A stretch of 64,000 bases of DNA from an uncultured Gemmataceae bacterium. Its GTDB lineage: Bacteria; Planctomycetota; Planctomycetia; Gemmatales; Gemmataceae. The stretch covers positions 2,112,001 through 2,176,000 of the forward strand of contig CAVVPN010000003.1 of assembly GCA_963750165.1 (NCBI GenBank). Reading direction: 5' to 3'. Positions 41,026 through 51,814 of the stretch are shown one piece after another; position 1 is the stretch's first letter; each line of letters begins with the position of its first letter. The notes under the pieces were generated by a model, which made no database searches, had not been told where the DNA came from, and worked only from the letters and a program-made list of their open reading frames with translations. The position numbers and the translations under genes are program-made.

Positions 41026-44000
41026 ATGAAGGGCCTGATTCGGGCTTCCCTCGACAATCCCTACGCCGTCATCGTCATGTCGCTGACCATGATTATCCTG
41101 GGCGTCATCGCCCTGGTGAATATTCCGGTGGACATTCTGCCGGTCTTCAGCAGCCCGGCGGTGCAGGTGCTGACCTTCTACACCGGCATGCCGGCCGAGG
41201 GCATGGAGAAGGACATCACCAACCGCATGGAGCGCTGGACCGGTCAGGCCACCGGCATGAAACGGCAGGAATCGCGCTCCATCCTGGGCGCCAGCATCGT
41301 CCGCAACTACTTCTTCGACGGCCAGGACCCCAACGGCGCCTTGACGCAGGTCAACTCGCTGGCCCTGGCGACGCTGCCCAACCTGCCGCCGGGCACCCTG
41401 CCACCCGTGGTGCTGCCGTTCGACCCCACCAGCACCACGCCGGTCATGCTCGTCGCCCTGAACGCCCCCAACCTGTCCGAGGACAAGCGCGAGTCGATCC
41501 TGTACGACGTGGGCCGCTACGAGGTGCGCAACTTCATCATGCAGAACCCGGGGGCGACGGCGCCCGTGGTCATCGGCGGCAAGCTCCGCGCCGTCATCCT
41601 CGAACTCGACCAGACCAAGATGCGCTCGCTCGGGCTGTCGGCGGCCGATGTCATGAACGCGGTCGAGAAGTACAACCTGTTCTTCCCCAGCGGCGACGTG
41701 CGCATCGGCATGTATGATTACTCGCTGTCCTCGAACTCGATGTTCAAGGCAGTGGAGAAAATGAAGGAGATCCCGGTCTTCAAGAAGAAGGACGGCGGCA
41801 CGGTCTTCCTGGGGGAACTGGCCACGCCCAGGGACTCCAGTTTCATCCAGACCAACATCGTGCTGGTCAATGGCAAGCGGCAGGTGTACATCCCCGTCTA
41901 CCGCCAGACTGGCGCCAGCACCACGGCCGTGGTGTCCGCGGTGAAGCAAAAGCTGCCGGAGATGGCCGCCAAGCTGACCACCCCGGATGTTGATCTGGTG
42001 CCGGTCATGGACCAATCGGTGTACGTCTGGTCGTCCATCTACGCGCTGCTGCAGGAAGGCATCATCGGCGCCGTGCTCTGCTCGCTGGTCATCCTGATGT
42101 TCCTGGGCCAGTGGCGCATGACGGTGATCGCCATTGTGACACTGCCGTTGTCGGTGGCCGTGGCCATTGTCTGCCTGTATGCGTTCGGCCAGACGATCAA
42201 CGTCATGACGCTGGCCGGCCTGACGCTGGCCATCGGGCCGATGATCGACAGCGCCATTATCTGCCTGGAAAACACGCACCGCCACCTGACGATGGGCGCC
42301 TCCCCCAAGGCGGCGTCCCTGAACGGCGCCAGTGAGGTGGCCATGCCGGAACTGGTCTCGACGCTGTGTACGTTCCTGGTGCTCTCGCCGCTGGCGTTGA
42401 TGCCGGGCATGGGCCGCTTCCTGTTCCTGCCCATGACCCTGGCGGTGATGTTCGCCATGACCTGCGCCTATCTGCTGTCGCGGACGATGGTGCCCTGCGC
42501 CAGCGCCTTCCTGCTGCCGCGGCACCACCACGGGGACGACGCCGCCGACATCAAGGGCCCCATCGGCCGTGCCTTCGCCTCCTGGGAGCGCACGATCGAC
42601 CAGGGCATCGCGGTCTACGGGCGCATGCTGGACGTGGTGCTGCGGCATCGGGTGGCGACGGTCGTGACCGGCTTCGCGCTGCTGGCGGTGACGCTGGCGG
42701 TGATGACACCGATCCTGCGCCGCGACTTCTTCCCCGAGGTGGACTCCGGCGCCTTCGAGATCGCGGTGCGGGCCCCGGCCGGCACCCGGCTCGATGTGAC
42801 CGAGAAGCGCGTCAAGGAAGTGGAGGATGTCGTCCGCAAGACCATCCCCGAGAGCGACCTGAAGGTGATCGTGTCCGAAATCGGCCTGACGGCGGACTGG
42901 TCGGCGGCCTACACCCAGAACTCGGGCACGCAGGACGCCATCGTCAAGGTGCAGTTGGAGCCGGAGCGCGAGGGTTCCTCGCAGGGATACATTCGCACTC
43001 TGCGCAAGAAGTTCACCGAGAACCCCAACTTCAGCGACCTGGAATTCTCGTTCGACTCCGGCGGCCTGGTGCGCGGGGCCCTCAACGAGGGCAAGTCCTC
43101 GCCCCTGAACATCCAGCTCGTCGGCAAGAACCCGCAGAACGTGCTGTTCAAGCTGGCCGACCGGGTGAAGGCGGAGGTGACCAAGGTCGATGGCGTGGTG
43201 GACGCCCGCGTGATCCAGAAGCCGGACGCCCCGGAGCTAATCATCAACGTCAAGCGCGACAAGGCGGAGGACGAGGGCCTGAACCAGGATGCCATCATGA
43301 AGAGCGTCATCGCCGCCACCAACTCCAGCATCACCTACAACAAGCACAACTTCTGGATCGATCCGAAAACGACGAATCAGTATTACGTCGGCGTGCAGTA
43401 TCCCGAGGCGAACATCAAGTCGATCGAGGACGTGCGCAACATCCCGATCACCAGCCCGAGGCAGGCGCAGCCCATCCCGCTGAGCAACCTGGCCACCATC
43501 GAGCCGGGCAAGATTCCGACGGAGATTCACCACGTCAACCTGCAGATGGCCGTGGACCTGACAATGAACGTCGAGGGCCGCGACCTGGGCCACGTCAGCG
43601 ACGACGTGACCCGCGTGCTCCGCAACTTCGGCAAGAAAAACAAGGACGGCACCTGGACGCCCTACGACCCGCGCTACACCAAGGAACGGCGGTTGCTGGA
43701 GGGCTCGAGAATCGTGCTGACCGGCGAGTACACGCGCATGCAGGACACCTTCACGAACCTGGGCAAAGGCCTGATCCTGGCGTCGCTGCTGATCTACTTC
43801 CTGATGGTGGCGCTGGACCGCTCGTTCATCGTGCCGCTGGCGGTCATGCTGATCGTGCCGCTGTGCCTGATCGGCATCTTGCCGATGCTGTTCGTCACGG
43901 GCAGCGCGGTGAACGTGCAGTCGCTGCTAGGCTTCATCTTCATCGTCGGCATCAAGGTGGCCAACACGGTGCTGATGACCGACTGCGCCCAGGAACTGCG

Positions 44001-44349
44001 GCGGCACGAGGGGCTAACGCCGCTCCAGGCCATCCGCAAGGCGGCGTCGCTGCGCGTGCGGCCGGTGACCATGACGGCCCTGGCAGCGTTCTTTGCCATG
44101 ATTCCGACGGCCCTGGCGCTGGAGAAGGGCAGCGAGGCCAACGCACCGCTGGCGCGGGCGATCCTCGGCGGTCTGCTCGCCGGCGAGCCCGCCACGCTGT
44201 TCGTGCTGCCGGCGCTGTACGCCATCCTGGTGCGCGACGGCAAGAAGAAGCTGGGTGAGGTGGTCGAGGACGACTACGCGGAAGGTCATGGCCACGGTCA
44301 TGGCCACGACCACGGCCACGGCCCGGCGGGGATTCAGCCCGCGCACTGA
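41026..44349 (+). CDS. RND efflux permease (AcrB/CusA superfamily) with His-rich tail
   Basis: 1107 aa; PVDILP, INVMTLAGL.LAIG, FFPEVDSG, RVRPVTMT; C-terminal HGHGHGHDHGHG. Confidence 0.96.
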   Translation: MKGLIRASLDNPYAVIVMSLTMIILGVIALVNIPVDILPVFSSPAVQVLTFYTGMPAEGMEKDITNRMERWTGQATGMKRQESRSILGASIVRNYFFDGQDPNGALTQVNSLALATLPNLPPGTLPPVVLPFDPTSTTPVMLVALNAPNLSEDKRESILYDVGRYEVRNFIMQNPGATAPVVIGGKLRAVILELDQTKMRSLGLSAADVMNAVEKYNLFFPSGDVRIGMYDYSLSSNSMFKAVEKMKEIPVFKKKDGGTVFLGELATPRDSSFIQTNIVLVNGKRQVYIPVYRQTGASTTAVVSAVKQKLPEMAAKLTTPDVDLVPVMDQSVYVWSSIYALLQEGIIGAVLCSLVILMFLGQWRMTVIAIVTLPLSVAVAIVCLYAFGQTINVMTLAGLTLAIGPMIDSAIICLENTHRHLTMGASPKAASLNGASEVAMPELVSTLCTFLVLSPLALMPGMGRFLFLPMTLAVMFAMTCAYLLSRTMVPCASAFLLPRHHHGDDAADIKGPIGRAFASWERTIDQGIAVYGRMLDVVLRHRVATVVTGFALLAVTLAVMTPILRRDFFPEVDSGAFEIAVRAPAGTRLDVTEKRVKEVEDVVRKTIPESDLKVIVSEIGLTADWSAAYTQNSGTQDAIVKVQLEPEREGSSQGYIRTLRKKFTENPNFSDLEFSFDSGGLVRGALNEGKSSPLNIQLVGKNPQNVLFKLADRVKAEVTKVDGVVDARVIQKPDAPELIINVKRDKAEDEGLNQDAIMKSVIAATNSSITYNKHNFWIDPKTTNQYYVGVQYPEANIKSIEDVRNIPITSPRQAQPIPLSNLATIEPGKIPTEIHHVNLQMAVDLTMNVEGRDLGHVSDDVTRVLRNFGKKNKDGTWTPYDPRYTKERRLLEGSRIVLTGEYTRMQDTFTNLGKGLILASLLIYFLMVALDRSFIVPLAVMLIVPLCLIGILPMLFVTGSAVNVQSLLGFIFIVGIKVANTVLMTDCAQELRRHEGLTPLQAIRKAASLRVRPVTMTALAAFFAMIPTALALEKGSEANAPLARAILGGLLAGEPATLFVLPALYAILVRDGKKKLGEVVEDDYAEGHGHGHGHDHGHGPAGIQPAH

Positions 44350-44372
44350 TCGTGAGCCGGCCGGATAACAAC

Positions 44373-44435
44373 AACCCCGGAGGATTCACCACAGAGAACG
44401 CTCTCCGCGTTCTCTGTGGTGAATCCTCCGGGGTT
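44373..44435. repeat. Hairpin with 29-bp perfect arms followed by a T-tract
   Basis: aaccccggaggattcaccacagagaacgc-tctcc-gcgttctctgtggtgaatcctccggggtt then ctcttttt. Confidence 0.85.
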
Positions 44436-44604
44436 CTCTTTTTGGTCCAGCAGCGCCGGGCGCCGAACAAACCGAAGAATTACTCGCCCGCACAATCGGC
44501 ATTGGCCGAAAAGAAGGAAGAGTCCAGGGCGGCGCACGGAAACAGCAGCCGCCAGTTCGCCCGGTTCGCCCAGGTTTCGCAAGTAGGACTTTTGCGAGGG
44601 AATC

Positions 44605-46251
44605 ATGGCTCTTACACGCCGATGCTGTTGGTGCGTCGTGTTACTGGCCGCGGCCGGCCTGGTCGCCGCGCCGGCCGTGCCGGCCCAACCCCCGGGGCAG
44701 AAGCCGGCCGCGAACGGCGAGCAGGCGCCGCCACCTCGCCCAGTCACGCTCCCGCTGCCAGACGCCGCCGCCACGCTGCTGACCGGCCCGATGGCGCCCG
44801 TCGATCTGGACAACGCCCTGAAGCTGGCCGGGGTCCAGAACCCGGAAATCCTGGAGTCCCGCGCGGTGGTCGAGGAGGCCGTCGCCCTGCGGCAGCTGGC
44901 CGCCACCTATTTCCTGCCGAACATCAACCTCGGCGGCAACCTCGACACCCACACAGGCACCCTGCAACAGTCGAACGGCAACATCATCAAGGTGAACCGC
45001 GATTCGTTGTTCCTCGGCATGGGTGCCAACGCCATCGCCGCCGGCTCGGTCAACATCCCGGGTGTGCAGTTGATCGGTAACGTCTCCGTCGGCGTCTTCA
45101 ACTACCTGATCAGCCGGCAGGTGGTGGCGCAGCGGCAGTTCGCCAGCGAGGCGGTTCGCAACCAGGTGCTGCTGCGCGTGACCGGCGCGTACCTGGACCT
45201 GATGTCGGCGCAGGGCCGCTACGCCATCGCCCGGCAGAACCGCGAGGAGGTGCGCGAGATCGCCCGCATCACGGACGAGTTCGCCAAGGCCGGCCAGGGC
45301 CGCAGGTCCGACGCCGACCGCGCCGCGGCCGAACTGGAGCAGCGGCAGGTCGAGGTGCTTCAGGCGGAGGGCGACATTGTGGCCGCCAGCGCCCGGCTGT
45401 GCCAGGTGCTGAACCTGGACCCGTCCACGCGCCTGGTGGTCACCGACGCCTGGGCGGTGCCGGCGCCGCTGGTGCCCGATCCCATCCCGCTGCCGGAACT
45501 GCTCATCATCGCCCTGCGGCAGCGCCCCGAGTTGAAGGAGCGCCGGGCGGCCATCGACGCGGCGCTGCTGGAGTTGCACGGGGCCAAGATGCTGCCGTTC
45601 TCGCCGAACTACATCCTCGGCTACAGCACCGGCAGCTTCGGCGGCGGCAGCAACACCGAGGCGTTGCCGCCCACGTCGCAGTCGCGCTTCGACAACTTCT
45701 ACGGCCGCCAGGACGTGGACGTGATCGTCTACTGGACGCTGCAAAGCATGGGGCTGGGCAACCTGGCGCTGATCCGAGCGTCGGACGCGCGGGCCCAGAT
45801 CGCCAACTTCCGGCTGCTGGAGGTGCTCAACCGGGTGCGGATGGAAGTGGCCGCGTCCTATGCCCGGACGCATGCCCGCTTCGCCCAGATCGGCGTGAAC
45901 GAGCGGGCCGTCAAGGCCAGCACGGAGGGCTTCCAGCAGGACTACGTGCGTGTCAAGAACCGCGAGGGGCTGCCGATCGAGGTGCTGGACAACCAGCGCC
46001 TGCTGAGCCGCGCCCGCTTCGAGTACCTGGGATCGATCCTCGACTACAACCGCGCCCAGTTTGAGTTGTTCGTGGCCCTGGGGCAGCCACCGCGCAAGTA
46101 TCTCGCCCGTCCGGTGCCGGCGACCCTGGTGCTGCCGCCCGAGGTCGTCCCGCCCGACGTCCAGTCGCTGCCGCCCGAAGCCCAGCTGCCGCCCGGAGCC
46201 CAGCTGTCGCCGCCGCCCGGCGCGGTCAAGGGGCCGGCGATGCTGCCGTAG
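44605..46251 (+). CDS. TolC-family outer membrane factor
   Basis: Signal peptide, VDLDNALKLAG.QNPEI, VTGAYLDL, ALRQRPEL, PIEVLD, YNRAQFELFVALG. Confidence 0.88.
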   Translation: MALTRRCCWCVVLLAAAGLVAAPAVPAQPPGQKPAANGEQAPPPRPVTLPLPDAAATLLTGPMAPVDLDNALKLAGVQNPEILESRAVVEEAVALRQLAATYFLPNINLGGNLDTHTGTLQQSNGNIIKVNRDSLFLGMGANAIAAGSVNIPGVQLIGNVSVGVFNYLISRQVVAQRQFASEAVRNQVLLRVTGAYLDLMSAQGRYAIARQNREEVREIARITDEFAKAGQGRRSDADRAAAELEQRQVEVLQAEGDIVAASARLCQVLNLDPSTRLVVTDAWAVPAPLVPDPIPLPELLIIALRQRPELKERRAAIDAALLELHGAKMLPFSPNYILGYSTGSFGGGSNTEALPPTSQSRFDNFYGRQDVDVIVYWTLQSMGLGNLALIRASDARAQIANFRLLEVLNRVRMEVAASYARTHARFAQIGVNERAVKASTEGFQQDYVRVKNREGLPIEVLDNQRLLSRARFEYLGSILDYNRAQFELFVALGQPPRKYLARPVPATLVLPPEVVPPDVQSLPPEAQLPPGAQLSPPPGAVKGPAMLP

Positions 46252-46315
46252 CGCGTACGGTGCTGGTGTCGGGGGGGTGGCGGGGAACGGGTTTGTACTC
46301 CGTGGAGGTCGGTTC

Positions 46316-48160
46316 ATGAAGGGCAAGCAACAGGCCAGCACCGGCTCGTGGCGGCGCACCCGGCTTCGGTCGGCATGGGTCGGGGCCACGATCCTCGGCG
46401 TCCTGGTCGGCACCGGTGGCTGCCAGTCCGATCCGGTGCTGCCGCCGCCAGTGAACATCAACCGGGCCGCGCAGACCGCCCTGGGGCCGCAGATCGGCCT
46501 GCCGGCACGAACCAGCAGCCCGTCGGCGGCGGCGGACGCTGTGCTCGGGACGATCCGGCCCGCCGGGGGCGTGGCCGGCGCGGCGCCGGCGGACGCGGCA
46601 AAGGGGCCGATCCTGGTCACGCAGCCGTGGTCGCCGTGGGCGAAGCTTGGCGTCCCGGCGAATCCCGCCGACCCCCAGGCTGGCAAGCCACGGCAGGAGC
46701 CCGCGGCCGCCGCGGCGCCAGCCACCCGGGTGTCCTTGCTGGACGGCGGCGCGCTGCCCAGCGTGGCCGGGACGGCGGCGCCGGGCACGCTGCCGCCACT
46801 CGTGCTGGACAGCCCGTGTACGCCCATCGATCTGGAAACGGCGTTGCGCCGCGGCGGGGCGGCCAACCCCACCATTGCCGCGGCCCTCGCCGCCGTGCAG
46901 ATCAGCCTGGCGGATCAGCTGCTGGCCGACGTGATCGCGGTGCCGTCGATCAACATCGGTGCCAGCTACGACTGGCACCAGGGCAACCTGCTCTCGTCCA
47001 AGGGCCTGATCCGCAACGTGCTCCGCGATGCGTTTGACGCCGGCCTGGGCGCCGGGGCCCGTGCCGCCGAATCCGTGCCCTGGCAAGTACAGGGTGTCCG
47101 CTTCGTCGCCCCGATGGCAAACGCCCTCTTTGAACCGGTTGCGACGCGGTATGTGGTCTCTTCCCGGCGCCTCGACGCAGCCGCCACGAACAACAACATC
47201 CTGTTAGAGGTAGCGGTGAGCTACTTCGACCTGGCGGGCGCCGAGGCAATGGTGACGGCGCTGCGGCAGTCGGAGGTGGAGGTGGCCGCGGTGGTGCAAC
47301 AGACGGCGAAGTTCGCGAAGGAAGGCCAGGGCCGCGAGTCGGACGCGAACCGCGCCCGGGCAGACGCGGAACTGCTGGAGTCGGAGCGCGTCCGCGCCGA
47401 GGAAGAGGTGGCGGTGGCGGCGGCGCAGCTGGCGCGGCTGCTGAACGTGGACCCGAACGCGTCGCTGCGGGTGCCGGACGGCCCGCTGGGCATGGTACAG
47501 CTCGTGGACCCGCACACGAACAATGAGGAGTTGGTGCAGATCGCCCTGGCCCAGAACCCCGAATTGCTGGCCCGCACCGCCGACGTGCAGGTGTTCACGA
47601 CACGGCTGCGCGAGGAGCGTTTCCGGCCGTTTCTGCCGACGCTCTTCGCGGGCTACAGCTTGAGCGCCTTCGGCGGCGGCGGCGACCAGACAGCGCCAGC
47701 TTTCGGGCGAATCTTCAGCCGCCAGGACGTGGACGTCATGGCCATCTGGACGCTGCAGGGCCTTGGCCTGGGCAACCTGGCGATCCAGCGCAACGTGGCG
47801 GGGCGCGTGGACGAGGCCGCGGCGGAGCGGGCGCGCGTGGCCAACGCCGTCCGCAGCGCCGTCAGCGAGGCCCGGGCGTTGTGTCTGGCGCGGCTGAACG
47901 ACGTGGAGGTGGCGCGGCGGCGCATGGCCACCGCTCAGGAGGGCTTCCGCCTCAACCAGGAACAGGCCTGGAACCTGGAGGCCCGGCCCATCGAGGTACT
48001 CCAAAACTTCAAACAACTGGTGGACGGCCGTCGCGAACTGATCCGCGCCCTGGTCGGTTACAACCAGGCGCAGTTCCAGCTGTTCGTGGCCATGGGCCAG
48101 CCGCCCGGCGGCATCGGCGCCGACGCCGGCGCCGGCGGCCCCGGTTGCGCGCGGCCGTGA
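46316..48160 (+). CDS. TolC-family outer membrane factor (lipoprotein-like paralog)
   Basis: GGAGG upstream, TGGC lipobox-like, IDLETALR.GG.ANPTI, VAVSYFDL, ALAQNPEL, YNQAQFQLFVAMG. Confidence 0.88.
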   Translation: MKGKQQASTGSWRRTRLRSAWVGATILGVLVGTGGCQSDPVLPPPVNINRAAQTALGPQIGLPARTSSPSAAADAVLGTIRPAGGVAGAAPADAAKGPILVTQPWSPWAKLGVPANPADPQAGKPRQEPAAAAAPATRVSLLDGGALPSVAGTAAPGTLPPLVLDSPCTPIDLETALRRGGAANPTIAAALAAVQISLADQLLADVIAVPSINIGASYDWHQGNLLSSKGLIRNVLRDAFDAGLGAGARAAESVPWQVQGVRFVAPMANALFEPVATRYVVSSRRLDAAATNNNILLEVAVSYFDLAGAEAMVTALRQSEVEVAAVVQQTAKFAKEGQGRESDANRARADAELLESERVRAEEEVAVAAAQLARLLNVDPNASLRVPDGPLGMVQLVDPHTNNEELVQIALAQNPELLARTADVQVFTTRLREERFRPFLPTLFAGYSLSAFGGGGDQTAPAFGRIFSRQDVDVMAIWTLQGLGLGNLAIQRNVAGRVDEAAAERARVANAVRSAVSEARALCLARLNDVEVARRRMATAQEGFRLNQEQAWNLEARPIEVLQNFKQLVDGRRELIRALVGYNQAQFQLFVAMGQPPGGIGADAGAGGPGCARP

Positions 48161-48165
48161 GCGAT

Positions 48166-48239
48166 CACGGCGAGCGGCGCGGCGTTAGCCCGCCGGTCCT
48201 GGGCAGCACCGGCGGGCTAACGCCGCGCCGCTCGCCGTG
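48166..48239. repeat. REP-like palindrome, family B
   Basis: cacggcgagcggcgcggcgttagcccgccggt...accggcgggctaacgccgcgccgctcgccgtg; matches the 11638 element. Confidence 0.9.
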
Positions 48240-49384
48240 CTGTCCCCTCGGTCACAGCAGGCCAGGGCCTCGTCCAGGTCTGCCGCCAGTTCCGGCGTAC
48301 ACGGCACCGCGGCCCCGGACGGCGGCGCTTCCGGCACCAGCCAGCCCGCCAGCGCCGCCACCAGTTCCGCCACGCCCGCGCCCGTCAGCGCCGACACCCG
48401 CGGCGCGTCCGGCACAGCCGCATGGTCCCACGCGGCGGGCAGGTCGGCCCTGGTGACGATGTACCGCACCCCCGCAATCACCTCCGCCGGCCACTGCGGT
48501 GGCGCGGCGCCGTCCAGCAGCCACAGGCACACGTCCGCCTGCGCCGCCGCGGCCGCCGCCAGTTGCTGGCCCTGGTGCTCCAGCGCTTCCGTCGTCGTCC
48601 GCCAGCCAGCCGTGTCCGCGAGGTCCACCGGCCAACCGCCCACCACCAGCCGGCTCGTCACCACATCGCGCGTCGTGCCCGGCGTCGGCGCCACCACGCT
48701 GCGCTCGTAACCCAGCAGCGCGTTCACCAGGCTGCTCTTGCCGACGTTCGCCGCCCCGGCAACCACCACCCGCCACGGCCGTGTCAGATGCCGGCCGACG
48801 CCGCCGAATTTCGTGACCGCCGCCAGCAGCCGCCCCGCCCCGACCACATCGCCGGCATCAAGACACGCCTGAACGCGCTCCAGCTCCCGCCCCAGCGCTC
48901 CCGCGTGCTGATCCAGCACGACCGCCGCGGTGCGTGCCGTCAGCGCCTCGGGCAGCACTTCCAGGGCCAGCCGGGCCAGCGCGCCACCGCCGGCAGTGCG
49001 CCGCTCCAGCTCCTGCCACGAACACACCGCCACGCCCTGCGCCGCCAGCACCTCTTGCAACAGCGCCACCACTTCGCGGCCGCCGTGACAGTGAATCTCC
49101 AGCCACGGCGCCGGCAGCCCACGCTTGACGGCAAGCACCACCTCGTCGCTACTGCCGCGGCCGGCGTCGCCGAAGCGGCCCAGCCAGAAGCGGCCCGGCT
49201 CCGGCACCTCCGGCAGCGGTTTCTGGAAGCGTGCCCGCACCGCCGCCCACGCTCCCGGGCCGCGCACCGCCAGCGTCGCCAGCGCCGCCACGCCCGGCGG
49301 CGTCAGGCACGCCTGCCATGTGGCCTTCTCTTCTCCCCTCTCCCCCTTGAGGGGGAGAAGGGTTGGGGGTGAGGGGGCGGTCAT
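48185..49384 (-). CDS. MnmE/TrmE-like GTPase (atypical)
   Basis: LTPPG..A.A...V.GP, DEVV, EIHCHGG, GAANVGKSSL, PGTTRD, DTAG; lacks the C-terminal FCIGK motif. Confidence 0.8.
   Translation of the reverse strand: MTAPSPPTLLPLKGERGEEKATWQACLTPPGVAALATLAVRGPGAWAAVRARFQKPLPEVPEPGRFWLGRFGDAGRGSSDEVVLAVKRGLPAPWLEIHCHGGREVVALLQEVLAAQGVAVCSWQELERRTAGGGALARLALEVLPEALTARTAAVVLDQHAGALGRELERVQACLDAGDVVGAGRLLAAVTKFGGVGRHLTRPWRVVVAGAANVGKSSLVNALLGYERSVVAPTPGTTRDVVTSRLVVGGWPVDLADTAGWRTTTEALEHQGQQLAAAAAAQADVCLWLLDGAAPPQWPAEVIAGVRYIVTRADLPAAWDHAAVPDAPRVSALTGAGVAELVAALAGWLVPEAPPSGAAVPCTPELAADLDEALACCDRGDSTASGAALARRCCPGPAG
49331..49378. repeat. REP-like element in frame within the start of the MnmE-like gene
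   Basis: ttctcccctctcccccttgagggggagaagggttgggggtgagggg, translated PSPPTLLPLKGERGEE. Confidence 0.7.
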
Positions 49385-50127
49385 GGCAGCGCGGCGGCGC
49401 TGAGGCGCGCGCCCTCCAGAGTGATTTCCGGCCACAGCACCGCGGCGCCCACGGCAGCGTGCAGCAGCGGGCCGTCGCCGCCGGCCAGGTAAAGCTCAGG
49501 CGGCGGCAGGTCGGGCCGGCCGCGGCCGAATTCGCTCGCCAGGGTGCGGATCGCGGCGGCCACGCTCCAGAACACGCCCACCTCCAGCGCCGCCGTGGTG
49601 GACGCGCCGGGCCGCGGCGGTGGGACGGTGTGCAGTTCGATGCGCGGCAGCAGCGCGGTGTAGTCGTGCAGTGCCTGCACCATCAGACGCAGGCCCGGCA
49701 GGATGGCGCCGCCGCAGAACGCCCCGGTGTCGTCGATCCAGTCCACCGTCACAGCACTGCCGGCGTCCACGACCACCGCCGGCACGCCTGGCGTCCGCCG
49801 GCTGTTGACGGCCACGGCGTTCAGCAACCGATCAATGCCCGCACGATCAGGGTACTCCAACCGCACCTCCAACGGCAGGTCGCGCGCCAGGAGCAGCACC
49901 GTCACGGTGAAGCCGCGCTGCCGCAGCCAGTCGGCCAGGGCATCGCGGCGTTGCGGGTGAACGCCGCTCAGCACCCACGGCGCCGCCGGCGGTAGCGGCC
50001 AGCGCCTCCAGCTGCTGCGCCCAGGTGTCCGGCTCCGGCGGCAGCGCCACCACCTCCGCAACGCGGCCAGCCTCGCAGCGGCCCCACTTGATGCGCGTGT
50101 TGCCAACATCAACAACGACTGCGGCGT

Positions 50128-50131
<4 letters not shown>
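49381..50131 (-). CDS. coaX: Type III pantothenate kinase (frameshift near 50000)
   Basis: VDVGNTRIKWG, GIDR, VVDAGSAVTVD, GGAILPGL, LAGGDG. Confidence 0.9.
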
Positions 50132-51176
<1,045 letters not shown>

Positions 51177-51272
51177 TCACTTTGGGTTGGAGTGCTGGGA
51201 GCGACGTGGAATTGTAGGGGAAGACGTGAGGGGGTGACAAGGTGAGGGGGTGAGGGAAGGATTATTGTTTGT

Positions 51273-51320
51273 TGTGGCCTGGTCTCCGGACCAGGCCACT
51301 TGGCCGACCGAAGGTCTCCT
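51273..51320. repeat. REP-like element
   Basis: gtggcctggtc-tccg-gaccaggccac hairpin followed by ccgaccgaaggtctcc. Confidence 0.65.
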
Positions 51321-51814
51321 CCGCGTTCCAGCCACTGGAAGAGAGATGGGGTTCAGTCTCCTTGTTCGACCTGCCTTACTGAGTGCCACTCGCCTGAGGC
51401 GGCCCCGAGATCGAGAGCGTACCGCTTGCCGCCGCTCGGAATGGGCACCGTCCGTGTGGCAGCGCGGCGCGAAGCGATCAATCTGACCCTCCTGGGGCTC
51501 GATTGATCGGTTCGCGCCAGCGGCAGTAGATCGAGTTGGGGCGCGGGGTGATCCCATTCAACCACTTCCATGTGGTACTGGATCGGCCTGTCCTTGCACT
51601 TGCGACAAATGACAAAGATAGAATTTACCGGAAAGTGCTGCCGCGGGTTTACCAGGGCGAGGAGATGGGAGCATTTCAGCTTTTCAGCTTTTCGAAGATT
51701 ACGCGATCGTAATAAACATTCTCACCAGCATTATCCGAAAATAAAGACAATCCTTTCGAATCGGAGCACCTGCGCGTCGTCACCCGCGGAGCAGGATGAA
51801 TGGAGTCACATGCG

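Noticed and set aside
38564..46875. Long antisense ORFs (813, 546 and 744 aa) opposite the RND operon
   Set aside because: Shadow ORFs expected from high-GC codon bias; no motifs, and they fully overlap well-supported genes
51177..51800. Short ORFs or an ncRNA between obgE and the TolC pair
   Set aside because: No convincing RBS, motif or recognisable RNA structure; treated as a divergent promoter region containing repeats
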